Positions 1 to 9,509 of a stretch of DNA of 64,000 nucleotides are shown here, one piece after another. The stretch is from the IMG/VR virus record IMGVR_UViG_3300037467_001416. One strand, written 5' to 3'. The position numbers were made by a program, and so were the translations under genes. Under the pieces are notes generated by a model. It did no database searches and was not told the origin of the DNA. It saw only the letters and a program-made list of their open reading frames with translations. The stretch's first letter is position 1; each line of letters opens with the position of its first letter. The stretch is from an uncultured virus (IMG/VR IMGVR_UViG_3300037467_001416). Taxonomy: Duplodnaviria; Heunggongvirae; Uroviricota; Caudoviricetes.

Positions 1-214
1 GCGCCTCAATAAGTACCGGCTCACCTAATCCACGCTCGAAGTCTATGTCGTGAGAGATACCCAAGAAGCGGTAGTCGTACTCACCATGAAGTAGACCGTG
101 TCGTAGAATGTCCAGCACTCTCTGAGCCGTCTTCTTCTTCGAGACGCCCCAAACCTTCACGACGAGCACGAGATACGTGTACGGATTCCACTCAACCGGA
201 TAGGTGGCTTCCAT
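1..214 (-). CDS. Hypothetical early protein, runs off the left window edge
   Basis: ATG at 214 after a GAGGGT RBS-like motif; frame open to position 1 (MEATYPVEWNPYTYLVLVVK...). Confidence 0.5.
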   Translation of the reverse strand, partial: MEATYPVEWNPYTYLVLVVKVWGVSKKKTAQRVLDILRHGLLHGEYDYRFLGISHDIDFERGLGEPVLIEA

Positions 215-297
215 ACCCTCGAAGGCTTTACTCGCAGCGTGGTAGATGCAGGAGAGCTCGCTGTGCACGTCGCCGAGCAATACCGGATTGCGAAGAG

Positions 298-495
298 TCA
301 TCCCTGCGTCTCCCGAAAGACTTCCAGCGACTTCTGGGCGAAAGTTCTGGCGTCTGGAAGTGAGTATCCTTTATCCACCGCCGCTCGAAGAGCGCCGACG
401 AAGACTTGTGCCTCGGCGAGTCTCTCAACTATCTGGCCGTGGCCCTCAGCGAGCTCAAAGCTCTGCTCTCCTATCCAGCCTCGCACCTTCTTCAC
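298..495 (-). CDS. Hypothetical early protein
   Basis: 65-aa ORF with strong GGAGGAGAGG RBS and a sigma70-like promoter upstream (about 520-555). Confidence 0.6.
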   Translation of the reverse strand: MKKVRGWIGEQSFELAEGHGQIVERLAEAQVFVGALRAAVDKGYSLPDARTFAQKSLEVFRETQG

Positions 496-709
496 GGGGA
501 CCTCTCCTCCTGCCTTGTGCTACCACTATGCGGCCCGGTTGTTCAGGCTACAAGGCTAGAATAATCCCGTAGCATACTAGTGACCAGAAAATCGGTAGCG
601 AGAGCATCATCAGGCGTACGAGTATCTCGAAGCTCCAGCGAGCAACTCTTCCTCGTCTGTCTCTGCTCGGAGGCCACGTCGCGTCAGGACGAGGGACGAT
701 TTTCACAGC

Positions 710-964
710 TCAGTTAGCAGAGTCCGTCGGCTCACCGGGATACAACGCGACAACCGGATGAGCAGTTCCGTAGACGCGGAGATAGAGTGGTGCTCCGGCC
801 GCGAGTTTCTCTAACTCACCCTCCTCAAGCTGCCAAGCCGAGATCATCACCGGATTACCGTTACCATCGTCAGCGTCGTGTATGTCCAGGGACTGACACT
901 CTCCCACAGAGTCATCCCAGTCAGCGGGCTTACCCATCGAGCGCGTGGCATCTGTCAACTTCAT
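710..964 (-). CDS. Hypothetical phage protein
   Basis: MKLTDATRSMGKPADWD...MISAWQLEEGELEKLAAGAPLYLRVYGTAHPVV; tightly packed after the upstream ORF stop at 970. Confidence 0.65.
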   Translation of the reverse strand: MKLTDATRSMGKPADWDDSVGECQSLDIHDADDGNGNPVMISAWQLEEGELEKLAAGAPLYLRVYGTAHPVVALYPGEPTDSAN

Positions 965-969
965 CGGTA

Positions 970-1185
970 TCACTTGGGCAACTCCTCGTCTGGGCAGAAA
1001 TGCTCCCACTCATCGCCGACCTTGACCGCTCGCCATCCGCGAGATTTAGCTTTCGCTAACGCACCGCTGAACTCGTTGCAGTGGGTCTCGCAAACTTCGG
1101 CGCAGCGCCTACCGTCGCAGTGGAAGACGATTGGTCCTCCGTAGTATTCTCGCTCGATGGTCACGATCTGCGAGCATCGCGCCAA
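970..1185 (-). CDS. Small Cys-rich (Zn-ribbon-like) protein
   Basis: FHCDGRRC...GW...HFCP pattern; true start may be the GTG near 1164. Confidence 0.55.
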   Translation of the reverse strand: MARCSQIVTIEREYYGGPIVFHCDGRRCAEVCETHCNEFSGALAKAKSRGWRAVKVGDEWEHFCPDEELPK

Positions 1186-1385
1186 CGCGCCGAGGCCTCC
1201 TGTTCTTTCAAAACAGCATCCTCTAGTCTCTTGAAGCTTTTCTGGATTACCTCCCAGTTCGTCTTGCTCTCGGCAGCGTTCCTGCGTTGCAGCATCTCCA
1301 CGAGCTCGCCCTGCAAATGCTTCGCGTAGACGTAGGCGGCATTGGCGGCCTCCGCCAGATCGTATACCTCAGTCTCAGTCGCCAT
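1161..1385 (-). CDS. Hypothetical helical protein
   Basis: 74-aa ORF with GGAGAAG RBS, overlapping neighbours. Confidence 0.55.
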   Translation of the reverse strand: MATETEVYDLAEAANAAYVYAKHLQGELVEMLQRRNAAESKTNWEVIQKSFKRLEDAVLKEQEASARWRDARRS

Positions 1386-1671
1386 CTGTTTTCTTCTCCA
1401 GCGAGTCCAGCCTCACGAAGCGTCGCGTCGAGCGTAGATCCATTCTTATCCTTCGGTCAGCGTAAGCCTCCCCGATGAAGTCTGTACGACGCGTCACGCT
1501 AGGGTTAGACTTGTTGACGTCAACGAGCATCAGAGGAGCCACGGTGTTCTGAGGGTCATGACTACCGTGATTAAGACAAGTAGTGTACCCAAGAGCAGCT
1601 CTTCGCGGGTTAATCTCATCACCGCATCCTCTCACTCGGCAGATGGGCCACGGCTCTAACTCAGTCCTCAC
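1375..1671 (-). CDS. Hypothetical Zn-finger-like protein
   Basis: CRVRGCGDEINPRRAALGYTTCLNH; GTG start chosen to minimise overlap. Confidence 0.5.
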   Translation of the reverse strand: MRTELEPWPICRVRGCGDEINPRRAALGYTTCLNHGSHDPQNTVAPLMLVDVNKSNPSVTRRTDFIGEAYADRRIRMDLRSTRRFVRLDSLEKKTDGD

Positions 1672-1852
1672 CGAGGATTCGCCTGTAGCAGTCATCACAT
1701 ACCTCCACGCAGTCCTCAAGAGGAGTCTCAGGATCCAGCTTTCTCAGCTCCTCCATAGCGGCTCCCGTCGACCAATTCTCATGATCTTTCTCGAAGACCC
1801 CTCCACAGGCCGCGCACTTGAACTCTCTGTTCTCGGGACTACTTACGCTCAT
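1661..1852 (-). CDS. Small Zn-finger-like protein
   Basis: CAAC...CDDC pairs, 63 aa, coupled to neighbours. Confidence 0.55.
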   Translation of the reverse strand: MSVSSPENREFKCAACGGVFEKDHENWSTGAAMEELRKLDPETPLEDCVEVCDDCYRRILGED

Positions 1853-2280
1853 TAGTTGGCTCCGTACGCCTGACTGTCTGATTCCCGAAAGGCAAGGGCT
1901 CTCATCATGGCCTCGCGATGGTCCGTGGTGTCGAGACTGCGAAAGCAGGTAAAGTGTACACCATTGTGACGCAATTCATCCCACCTACCCTCAGTATCTC
2001 TGTAGACGATCGGATAGTCACCCTGCGAACTCACTGCTAGCCGTACGACATACTCAGCGTCGTTAGTCACAGACTTCGTCGGCCAGCGTTCGTCGTACAG
2101 ATCCACCACGCAGATAACTGTATCTTCCTCGCCAGACTCGCCCACACTGAAGAAGCGCTGAAAGTAGCAGTTCGCGTGGCCGATACGCTGAGCCCATCGA
2201 ATCTGCTCTCGCATCTGATCTGCTGAGATTATCCAGCAGCCCGGAACCTCGAGGTCGGTGACCGCGCTGAGATCATACAT
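1852..2280 (-). CDS. Hypothetical phage protein
   Basis: SVTNDAEYVV...IVYRDTEGRWDEL motif; coupled start/stop overlaps. Confidence 0.6.
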   Translation of the reverse strand: MYDLSAVTDLEVPGCWIISADQMREQIRWAQRIGHANCYFQRFFSVGESGEEDTVICVVDLYDERWPTKSVTNDAEYVVRLAVSSQGDYPIVYRDTEGRWDELRHNGVHFTCFRSLDTTDHREAMMRALAFRESDSQAYGAN

Positions 2281-2554
2281 CGTACGCGACCTTCAGAAAC
2301 TCGTGAAAACCCTGCATGATCTTTTGGCTCGGATTGATAGCCGAATTCGGTTCCGGAACTGAGAGAACGAAACTGTTGCCACTTGCTCCGTAGTTAAACT
2401 CATACTGTCCCGGAATCCAGGCCAGCTCTGCGAAGACCTCAGTGTAGTAATTCTCGTTGCCGGTGATCTCGACTCCGTGGACCTCTGGGTTCCACTCGTC
2501 AGCACCGTTCCCCGGGAAGGTGAAGAAGCGATATCCTAGCTGGCTCACTTCCAC
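2273..2554 (-). CDS. Hypothetical protein
   Basis: 93-aa ORF in a packed leftward operon. Confidence 0.5.
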   Translation of the reverse strand: MEVSQLGYRFFTFPGNGADEWNPEVHGVEITGNENYYTEVFAELAWIPGQYEFNYGASGNSFVLSVPEPNSAINPSQKIMQGFHEFLKVAYDV

Positions 2555-2829
2555 GCTCCCAGCGTCACTTGTCGAATCCCGATGGCCTTGAGACTCTCCA
2601 CAGGGATCTTGTAGACTTCCTCGAAGACTCCAGAGTTCGCGAGGCGAACGAACTCGTCGCGATCATACGCCAGCGCGGCGTTCTCACCCCACGGTGCCCT
2701 CTGCCAGAAGACGTAGCGGTGAGTGTCTCCGCCTCGCGAACCGATCATTACCGGACCAGAAATTCTCTCGCCGTTGCTGGCAAGCCAATCACGCTTAGAA
2801 CTCGTCGGTGTCTGTATGTAGATGCCCAT
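2545..2829 (-). CDS. Hypothetical protein
   Basis: ATG at 2829 after AGGAG RBS (MGIYIQTPT...). Confidence 0.55.
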   Translation of the reverse strand: MGIYIQTPTSSKRDWLASNGERISGPVMIGSRGGDTHRYVFWQRAPWGENAALAYDRDEFVRLANSGVFEEVYKIPVESLKAIGIRQVTLGAWK

Positions 2830-2904
2830 TGGGAAGACTCTCCTGCGGTGCGTTGCGTGTGGCAGTATGCGGCGCGGCTGCTCCAGCGGCAAGGGTGGAA
2901 TACT

Positions 2905-3240
2905 CTAGCGACTTCTCGACCAGAGCTGTAGCTTACTAACTGGAACGAAGCCCATCTCAATCATGTCACAGATGCTAGAGATATAGAACTTCATCTCATT
3001 AGCCGTGAGCCCTCGGTAGGTGCCGAAGGTGCGAGTATGGACGCCGATCTCTGCTCGAAGGCGATACCTAGTGATCACCGACGGTTGGAAGATCTGATTA
3101 CTATAGATCTGTTCCTCCCTCACAACCGTGAACTTCGTACCGGTCAGCTCGGACAACTTTTCGGCGAGAGTGTCGACGAGAGAAGTCCGCGTCGGCTTAA
3201 ACTCTTTACGGCTCTTGGGTTTGATCATTTCCTCCGGCAT
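2905..3240 (-). CDS. Hypothetical protein
   Basis: 111-aa ORF abutting the upstream gene. Confidence 0.55.
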   Translation of the reverse strand: MPEEMIKPKSRKEFKPTRTSLVDTLAEKLSELTGTKFTVVREEQIYSNQIFQPSVITRYRLRAEIGVHTRTFGTYRGLTANEMKFYISSICDMIEMGFVPVSKLQLWSRSR

Positions 3241-3543
3241 CTACAGCCCCTTAGCTAACTCAAGCATCCGTTTCTTCGCAGCACGAAACGCCTCGGCGCG
3301 GTGTACGTTCGCAGGCACATGGATCTCACGGTCAATCGCGCGCTCGCGAATGGTGTAGCCCTTCTCGCACTGAAGGGCAAGAGCCTCCAGATGCCGCGAC
3401 GCGGAGGCCAGATTCCTCATCCTTAGACGATAGAGCTTGCGTCGCTTATGTGCCAGCATGGATCCGTGCGGGATGCTGGTGAGCATTCCTCGCGCGATGC
3501 TCTTGATCCGACGCTGACGAACTCCGTTGCGACGATTAGACAT
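3241..3543 (-). CDS. Basic hypothetical protein
   Basis: ATG at 3543 after AGGAG; Arg/Lys-rich. Confidence 0.5.
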   Translation of the reverse strand: MSNRRNGVRQRRIKSIARGMLTSIPHGSMLAHKRRKLYRLRMRNLASASRHLEALALQCEKGYTIRERAIDREIHVPANVHRAEAFRAAKKRMLELAKGL

Positions 3544-4591
3544 TATAGTACAACTCCTGCTCAAAGACTGCTTCATCTCCATCGGTCATGTTTCGTACAG
3601 TGACCTTGTCGAGATCCAATAGCTCCGCAACTCCTCGCGCTACGTCGGAGAGCTCGTTCGGAGACACCTCCGGACGCGGTACCACGATCTGAAGCGTGAC
3701 GGTCGCCGGAACGCTTGGATCCTTCTGCTTAACGTATTCACGCACCGAGGCGTTCGTAGAGGTCAGCGCGCTCGTCGCGAAGGTGGGCGACGGAGCCGAG
3801 TAGGCGTAGCCGTAGCTCAGGCCGCGAGACTCCCAACGATGAGTGTGAAGCACTCTCGGCACGAGATCCTCGTCCTCTGAGTTGAGCCAGTGCTCAGCGA
3901 TAATCTGCTCTACTATGTACGGGTACTTCGCGGTGCGGTCCTCCGTGAGATCTACCGAGCGGAGTATGTTGTAGGTGAACTCTGCCTCCTCCTTGAGATC
4001 CATGATGCGGACGCCCCGATAGTAGACGTGACGCGAGACTCGGTCGATGACCTGGATGTCCTCGTCGGTACGAATAGTCTCCCCGTCTGGGAGGAAGTGG
4101 CGATCCATGTCAAAGAATTCGTCCACGAACTTGTCGCCGAACACCATGATGGTAGTAGTTCCGAGAGGATGCAGCGTCTGTGCCTCGCCGTCTCGCGACT
4201 CCATGAGCTCAGTGTGACCACCCTCGTCGCGCGTATTGGTCTCCAGCTCGCGAAACGCCTGCCAGAGCTCCCAGTTCTTCCCGAGCTCGAGAGTGAAGGG
4301 TAGTTTCGAGTAGCTGAATCGGCCGAGAATTCCGCGCTGGCGCTTCATCCGCACGAAGGAGAACTCTCTTCCGCGAAAGTCCTGATTAGTGACGTAGAAC
4401 TCGTAGCGCTCGTCACCTCGCCACAGGACGACTCGGCAGCCGCTGCGAAGCAGTACGGCTATCGCGTACTTGAGACCTGTGCCGAAGTAACCGAAGGGAG
4501 TATTCGTGAGAGGCTTTACGTTGACGCCGAACGTCGTGAACGACTCCAGCGGTATGAGACCTGGAGTCCTGAAAGCTACGCATCTAGCCAT
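3536..4591 (-). CDS. GHKL-type (Hsp90/MutL-like) ATPase-domain protein
   Basis: 351 aa; FGYFGTGLKYAIAVLLR glycine motif, plus AFRELETNTRDE (N-box-like) located after it, i.e. permuted order. Confidence 0.6.
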   Translation of the reverse strand: MARCVAFRTPGLIPLESFTTFGVNVKPLTNTPFGYFGTGLKYAIAVLLRSGCRVVLWRGDERYEFYVTNQDFRGREFSFVRMKRQRGILGRFSYSKLPFTLELGKNWELWQAFRELETNTRDEGGHTELMESRDGEAQTLHPLGTTTIMVFGDKFVDEFFDMDRHFLPDGETIRTDEDIQVIDRVSRHVYYRGVRIMDLKEEAEFTYNILRSVDLTEDRTAKYPYIVEQIIAEHWLNSEDEDLVPRVLHTHRWESRGLSYGYAYSAPSPTFATSALTSTNASVREYVKQKDPSVPATVTLQIVVPRPEVSPNELSDVARGVAELLDLDKVTVRNMTDGDEAVFEQELYYNV

Positions 4592-4883
4592 CTCGCGGAA
4601 GTCCTTCCATGTGTTGCTTCAGCTCGGGAAACTTGCGACATATCGTTCCCAGCATGGAAGCGTTGTAGGTGTTCGGTGGCCGCATAGTCTGCCACGTACC
4701 GTGGAACTCTCCGTCAAACGTCTCGCAGAACTCCATCTGCTTCCCAGCCGTGTTGCAGCGAAAGCCGATGAACACCTGACGATTCCCATCCTCGTCAGTG
4801 AGCACAGTGCCGACAGGTAAATTCTTAAAGAAGAATTCTGCTCGCAGGTGACCGTAGTCCTTCAGATACTCGTCAGGAGTCAC
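4584..4883 (-). CDS. Hypothetical protein
   Basis: 99-aa ORF with coupled overlaps. Confidence 0.55.
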   Translation of the reverse strand: MTPDEYLKDYGHLRAEFFFKNLPVGTVLTDEDGNRQVFIGFRCNTAGKQMEFCETFDGEFHGTWQTMRPPNTYNASMLGTICRKFPELKQHMEGLPRDG

Positions 4884-5152
4884 TTCTCGTTCTTCCTCCG
4901 CCAGACGTAGTTGTCCCAGTGGACGTACTTACCGTCGATCCACGTGTACCAGTTGCGAATCTGTGGCGTGAGCTTGGTGGGATCTCCACCGGCGACGTCG
5001 TCGTAGAGATAGTCGAAGACGGAGAGGGTCTCGGCGGGCTTCGCGATGCAGTCGGCGCAGTAGGCGCTGGACATCGGCCCGAACGGACTGGCACAGACGT
5101 GAGTAGCTCTCGCGCGCCCGCATACGTCGCACTTACCGCCTAGCTGAGTCAT
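4880..5152 (-). CDS. Cys-rich hypothetical protein
   Basis: CDVC...CASPFGPMSSAYCADC; AAGGAG RBS before ATG 5152. Confidence 0.6.
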   Translation of the reverse strand: MTQLGGKCDVCGRARATHVCASPFGPMSSAYCADCIAKPAETLSVFDYLYDDVAGGDPTKLTPQIRNWYTWIDGKYVHWDNYVWRRKNEK

Positions 5153-5451
5153 GCTGGCTGAAGCTCCTTGGGGCGACTGGCGTGGACTATGCGGCTCCAG
5201 GCGTCGGCGTCGCCGTCGATCTCGCGAAAGTTGCACGAGCAGTGATACCATCCGAGTGGATGGTCGTACTCTACTAGCTTGACGCCGTAGCTGACCAGAC
5301 CACCCATGTCCATTCGCGTGGTCTTACTGACGGTGTAGGCTCTACCTGAGACGAGCTCGGACTTCCTGGAGGACTGGTCGGGGTGATGCTCGAAGATATA
5401 CTCACAAAACTCGCACGTAGTCTCTAAGTAGAGCACCTTACCAGACAGCAT
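5149..5451 (-). CDS. Hypothetical protein
   Basis: 100-aa ORF after AGGAGG RBS. Confidence 0.6.
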   Translation of the reverse strand: MLSGKVLYLETTCEFCEYIFEHHPDQSSRKSELVSGRAYTVSKTTRMDMGGLVSYGVKLVEYDHPLGWYHCSCNFREIDGDADAWSRIVHASRPKELQPA

Positions 5452-5834
5452 CTGTTCCTCCTGACGGGTGAGGGCGGACCGTTCTGTCGTCGGCCCGCCC
5501 TCTGGGGATGCGGCGCTGACGGGAAACTTGGGGCAACACCGTCAGTACAGCCTGCACAGGCTGGCGCAGCCTAGCTCACTTTGCAAGCGGATACTACTCC
5601 TGTTGGTTTTACTGGAGTGTCTCACGAGCTAGACTGTCTCTTCTTGTGAGCACTCGCAAGATCGAGACATCTCGCGCGCGAACAAATTACCGTCGAGACT
5701 GGACTGAGCTAGAGAAGCAGCAGGAATGAGCTAACCTCTGAGGAAGAACCACCAGATCAAGAGGAGGCCCCAGATGGCTGACGCGACTAAGGCGGCTATC
5801 ACGAAGCCCACACAGGGAGGTCCACGAAGCTGTC

Positions 5835-6041
5835 TCACGGAAGAGGTTCGCCTCTGCGAGCGGCGTACCAGCCCGACGTGAGGTCCTTACCCCACTCTGG
5901 ATTCACCCAGAGACCGTCGTGGTATGCTCTCCACCCGAGCTGTCTTACGTATCGCCGGATGCTCCTCGTCAAGAGAACCATGATGAGCACGGACGCCAAG
6001 AGAAGAAATACGCAGGCTAGAGGCACTAGCAAGTCACTCAT
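5835..6041 (-). CDS. Small membrane protein
   Basis: N-terminal hydrophobic helix LLVPLACVFLLLASVLIMVLL. Confidence 0.55.
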   Translation of the reverse strand: MSDLLVPLACVFLLLASVLIMVLLTRSIRRYVRQLGWRAYHDGLWVNPEWGKDLTSGWYAARRGEPLP

Positions 6042-6268
6042 CGGACAGCTCCTATCTTGTCCTGAAGCTCTTGAAGAAGCGAGAGAAGATCCACCGACGT
6101 ATCGCGCATGACGGCTAGATCAGGCTCGTGGAAGCGAAAGCTCGGTTGGTCGTAGATCTTGTAGTTTCCAGAGGCGACGTTGAAGTACATCCGATGGGCT
6201 CGCAGGAGCGAGTGCAGCATCCGAGGCGTAACCGTGACAGCGACTGTGGCGACTGAGGGGTCGGTCAC
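6038..6268 (-). CDS. Hypothetical protein
   Basis: 76-aa ORF with coupled overlaps. Confidence 0.5.
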   Translation of the reverse strand: MTDPSVATVAVTVTPRMLHSLLRAHRMYFNVASGNYKIYDQPSFRFHEPDLAVMRDTSVDLLSLLQELQDKIGAVR

Positions 6269-6520
6269 CTAGAGCTCTCTGCCGAGAGAGTTACGAGTCA
6301 TCGCTAGTACGACCAACTTCTCTTCCTCGTACGTAAACAAGTCCCACTCCTCACTGCGAAGTTCCTCGGCGTTGAACCCACTCAGGATGGGATTCACCTG
6401 CTGAACACTGAGTCTGGCAGAGCCCCTGTCGTCGCGCGGGGTGATGGGTCCGTCGGTGCCAACTAACTTCGCATCCTGAGGCATGAGACTCAAGAGCTGT
6501 ATCGCTTCGGCTACGGTCAT
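6269..6520 (-). CDS. Hypothetical protein
   Basis: MTVAEAIQLLSLMPQDAKLV start typical of small phage proteins; leader AAGGAGAATCGTCCCATG identical to that at 9858-9875. Confidence 0.65.
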   Translation of the reverse strand: MTVAEAIQLLSLMPQDAKLVGTDGPITPRDDRGSARLSVQQVNPILSGFNAEELRSEEWDLFTYEEEKLVVLAMTRNSLGREL

Positions 6521-6677
6521 GGGACGATTCTCCTTTAGCTGGTGGTTAAGGGTAGCGTGGGGCTGCTCGCAAGGCAACGCCGGAGCGCCGTCGAGCCTGC
6601 GTGGGGCCGTCCACAGGGCTGCGTGTGGGGTGCGGCGGGCGGCGGCTGTCGTGCAGCGTAGGAGCGCTCTGAGGCGG

Positions 6678-7097
6678 TCAGCGGCGCGACTTTCGCAAAT
6701 CGTAGCTGCGCTCTCGCAGTGGTACGAACTGGTTCCTCTGGCGAAGATCGCGATGCTGGAGAGTGGGCTCCAGGATGTCCATGATGTTCTCAAGATCCTC
6801 CTGTTCCTCCAGAATGTCGATGAGAGCGTCGACCACGACCCGGTCGCCGTACTGTCTAAGCAGATGCCGAGCTCGGTCCAGAGGAGGACGCTGATGCCGA
6901 TACTCCTCGTCTCCCTCCTCCATCTTGCGTTCGAAGTGTCGCCTATCTCGCTCATACTCCTCATAGAGAGGGTCTCGGTGGTCTGTCCGTCTACCGGCAT
7001 GAGAGAAGTAGGTGGACTTCAGCTCGCCGATGATGGTCTCGTCGAGTTTCTCACTCAAGAGTTTCCCGAGGTAAGCGGAGTAGGAGTCGTCTATCAT
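6678..7097 (-). CDS. Acidic hypothetical protein
   Basis: ATG 7097 overlaps the upstream stop; charged helical sequence. Confidence 0.5.
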   Translation of the reverse strand: MIDDSYSAYLGKLLSEKLDETIIGELKSTYFSHAGRRTDHRDPLYEEYERDRRHFERKMEEGDEEYRHQRPPLDRARHLLRQYGDRVVVDALIDILEEQEDLENIMDILEPTLQHRDLRQRNQFVPLRERSYDLRKSRR

Positions 7098-7603
7098 GAC
7101 TGAGGAAACGGCTGAGCTATGGCTCGCGCCTGAGCGCAAGCGGTAGTCAGAATGTCCCGAGGGACGTCCGCGAAGTCAGCGTAGCTGTGAAGATCTCTCG
7201 CCAGAGCCTCGTCCGTGGGATGCGCGGTGAGTGCGTCATAGCCTCCCGATAGAGCGTCTGCCAGCGAGCTCCGCACCTCGGCTACGAGGTCTCGCTGATG
7301 CTCCGCCTGCCAGAGATTAAGGCGCGTCTTCCACTCCGGGTCCGGTGGAATCTGCATCTCAGGCGTCAGCTCAAGAACGTCGCTATGCTCGGAGTCACCG
7401 AGAAGGGAGAGTACGATCTCCGGGTCGGTGGTTATCTCAATCTTGGTGCCGTCGGCGTTCGCCATCCACACGGCTCGCACGGCGACGTCGGGGTGGATGC
7501 AGGGATCCCACAGAGTAGGAAGCTTCTCACCGGGTTGACGTCCCTCCTCGTACGTGAGATAGACCTCACGGACTACGGAAATCTCGTGGTCTGACATAGA
7601 CAT
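7094..7603 (-). CDS. Hypothetical protein
   Basis: GGAGGAG RBS before ATG 7603; promoter with TATACT upstream. Confidence 0.6.
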   Translation of the reverse strand: MSMSDHEISVVREVYLTYEEGRQPGEKLPTLWDPCIHPDVAVRAVWMANADGTKIEITTDPEIVLSLLGDSEHSDVLELTPEMQIPPDPEWKTRLNLWQAEHQRDLVAEVRSSLADALSGGYDALTAHPTDEALARDLHSYADFADVPRDILTTACAQARAIAQPFPQS

Positions 7604-7706
7604 GGGGTTATTCTCCTCCAGCGGCGAGGGTCTGACGGGGTGTCTGGCTGTGCCGCGCGGGCAGTATAGCGCGGGGTTACTCCGCACGGTAGCGGCGACT
7701 TGTCCT

Positions 7707-8069
7707 CTAGACGCGGCGTTTAGCTGGTCGACGGGGCATCCTCGGGCGACCTACGAAGGAGACGTCCAAATTCAGACGCTCGCTCTGTGGGTTGAAGCGA
7801 AGCGTGTCAGCCTGTTCCCGCGAGACGACGAGGATCTCTCCGCCCACGGCTCGTACCAGAGCGCGCATCGTGTCGAGACGCGGGAACTTGGTCTCCTTGT
7901 AGAGCCACTTGGAGATCGTCGCCGGAGTAGGTCCTCCCGCGGCGTGAACGTCGCGCTGCGTCATTCCAGAGTTGATGAACAATGCGACACAGTCGTCGCG
8001 CATATCCTCCAGGTCTGCGAGAGGCTCGCGTACGAAAGGCTTTCTGCGTGGAGCTCGGTGAGAGAACAT
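7707..8069 (-). CDS. XRE/Cro-C1-type helix-turn-helix regulator
   Basis: SGMTQRDVHAAGGPTPATISKWLYKETKFPRLDTMRALVRAVG matches the XRE HTH pattern; AAGGAGGA RBS. Confidence 0.75.
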   Translation of the reverse strand: MFSHRAPRRKPFVREPLADLEDMRDDCVALFINSGMTQRDVHAAGGPTPATISKWLYKETKFPRLDTMRALVRAVGGEILVVSREQADTLRFNPQSERLNLDVSFVGRPRMPRRPAKRRV

Positions 8070-8171
8070 TGGCGGGATGGTCCTCCTTGAGAGTGGGGTT
8101 GGGTTGACGCGCTGCGCCGGGGCGGTGGTAGCGCGGGGGTAGTCACGGGGCAAGTGTCAGTTGTCATAGCC

Positions 8172-8510
8172 TCAGAAGTTCTCCACCCTGAAGTCGGCGA
8201 CGGTGCGCTTCTGAACGTTCTTCCAGCGTTGCTCGACCTCGGCAACCTCGCGTCTCCTCACGTCCTGGATGAAGTTAAGTATGCCGCAGAGCTCTATGGC
8301 ACTCTCCCTGCTTGACACCTTCACGAGATTTATGCTGCTGACTGAGAACTCGTGCAGGAACGGTTTCTCTATCCGCTCCGCGACCATGTAGTGACCTTCG
8401 TCCGTCGGAGGATCTTCGAGTATCCTTCCCACCGTGAAGAGTCTCGCGCCGGAGCTGTGGAGTAGAACGGCTGTCTCGCCAACGTCGAAGTGAGGGGCAT
8501 CGGTAGTCAC
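8172..8510 (-). CDS. Hypothetical protein
   Basis: GTG at 8510 after GGAGAGGAG. Confidence 0.55.
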   Translation of the reverse strand: MTTDAPHFDVGETAVLLHSSGARLFTVGRILEDPPTDEGHYMVAERIEKPFLHEFSVSSINLVKVSSRESAIELCGILNFIQDVRRREVAEVEQRWKNVQKRTVADFRVENF

Positions 8511-8701
8511 AGCGAGATCTCCTCTCCAGGTCTGTCGGGATGCGTGAATCTGAGAGTATGGCTGTCCCACACCCATCCCTCGCTCTCGAGACGCTGAAAG
8601 AAGGCGCGCTGCTCTCGCTCGGCGGTCAGCGACTGTTGAAGGTAGTTCGGCGCGAGACGGGGTCGGCGCGGGTCGTCCAGTGTTCTGCGGCGGTGGGTCA
8701 C
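8507..8701 (-). CDS. Hypothetical protein
   Basis: 64-aa ORF with coupled overlaps. Confidence 0.5.
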   Translation of the reverse strand: MTHRRRTLDDPRRPRLAPNYLQQSLTAEREQRAFFQRLESEGWVWDSHTLRFTHPDRPGEEISL

Positions 8702-8970
8702 ATCAGCTCTCCTATGGCTGCGAGTATCTCGTCTCGCGTCGGCTGCATCTCAGGATCCTCGTGGATGTTGTCCGCGACGCGTGTGCAGGCCTGACAGAGA
8801 TGGAGATCCTCCTGGATAGAGCACAGGAGCTCCGACTTAAGGAAGTCCTCGGCCGCGTCGAAGAGCGTGGCCTCTGGCATGAGCTCAGCCGCAGGATCCA
8901 TCAGGACGGGCGGAACCTCGCGACCGCATCCGTCGCACTCGAATCTAGCGGTGATGGAGCGCAGGGTCAC
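8698..8970 (-). CDS. Zn-ribbon-like hypothetical protein
   Basis: FECDGCG...HLCQAC; GAGGAG RBS. Confidence 0.6.
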   Translation of the reverse strand: MTLRSITARFECDGCGREVPPVLMDPAAELMPEATLFDAAEDFLKSELLCSIQEDLHLCQACTRVADNIHEDPEMQPTRDEILAAIGELM

Positions 8971-9121
8971 GAGTCTCTCCTCGGTAGGTCGAACGTCTCG
9001 CGAGCCCAGTCCTCGGCCTCACGACGATTCGAGGCGGGCGGTCGCTGATGCACGACTGCTCCCGCAGCCTCATGAGCGATCGCGGCGATGAGCGCGACCA
9101 GAGCGTCGAACTGCTCCTCGG

Positions 9122-9403
9122 TCATGGGATTGACACCGGCTCGCGGAGCTCGCGATAGTCCATGATGAGACGGTAGGTGTCCGGCTCATCCTCGGGGTAG
9201 GCCAGAGTCTCCCAGAGGAGGGTGGCCTCGCCGGGGTCGTAGCCGAGACTCTCGGGCGTCGGCATAGAGTGATAGAGGTAGACGCGAGAGTCGTGCTCGA
9301 CGAACTGCATCGCTTGGTCGGGAGCGATCTCCAGGCGGATCTCGTCTCCGTCGTGCGTGAAGAGTCTGGCGAGAACCATCACGCGATTTCTGGTGGTGGA
9401 CAT
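9122..9403 (-). CDS. Hypothetical protein
   Basis: AAGGAGG RBS before ATG 9403; promoter with TATACT upstream. Confidence 0.6.
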   Translation of the reverse strand: MSTTRNRVMVLARLFTHDGDEIRLEIAPDQAMQFVEHDSRVYLYHSMPTPESLGYDPGEATLLWETLAYPEDEPDTYRLIMDYRELREPVSIP

Positions 9404-9509
9404 GGGACTGAACCTCCTTGAGTTCTTAGGTTGCGGCACGCACAGTATAGGCCGGGGTTGCTCGCGTTGGTAGCGCGGATTGGTCGCGGCGGGTTGGTGA
9501 TATACGGGG

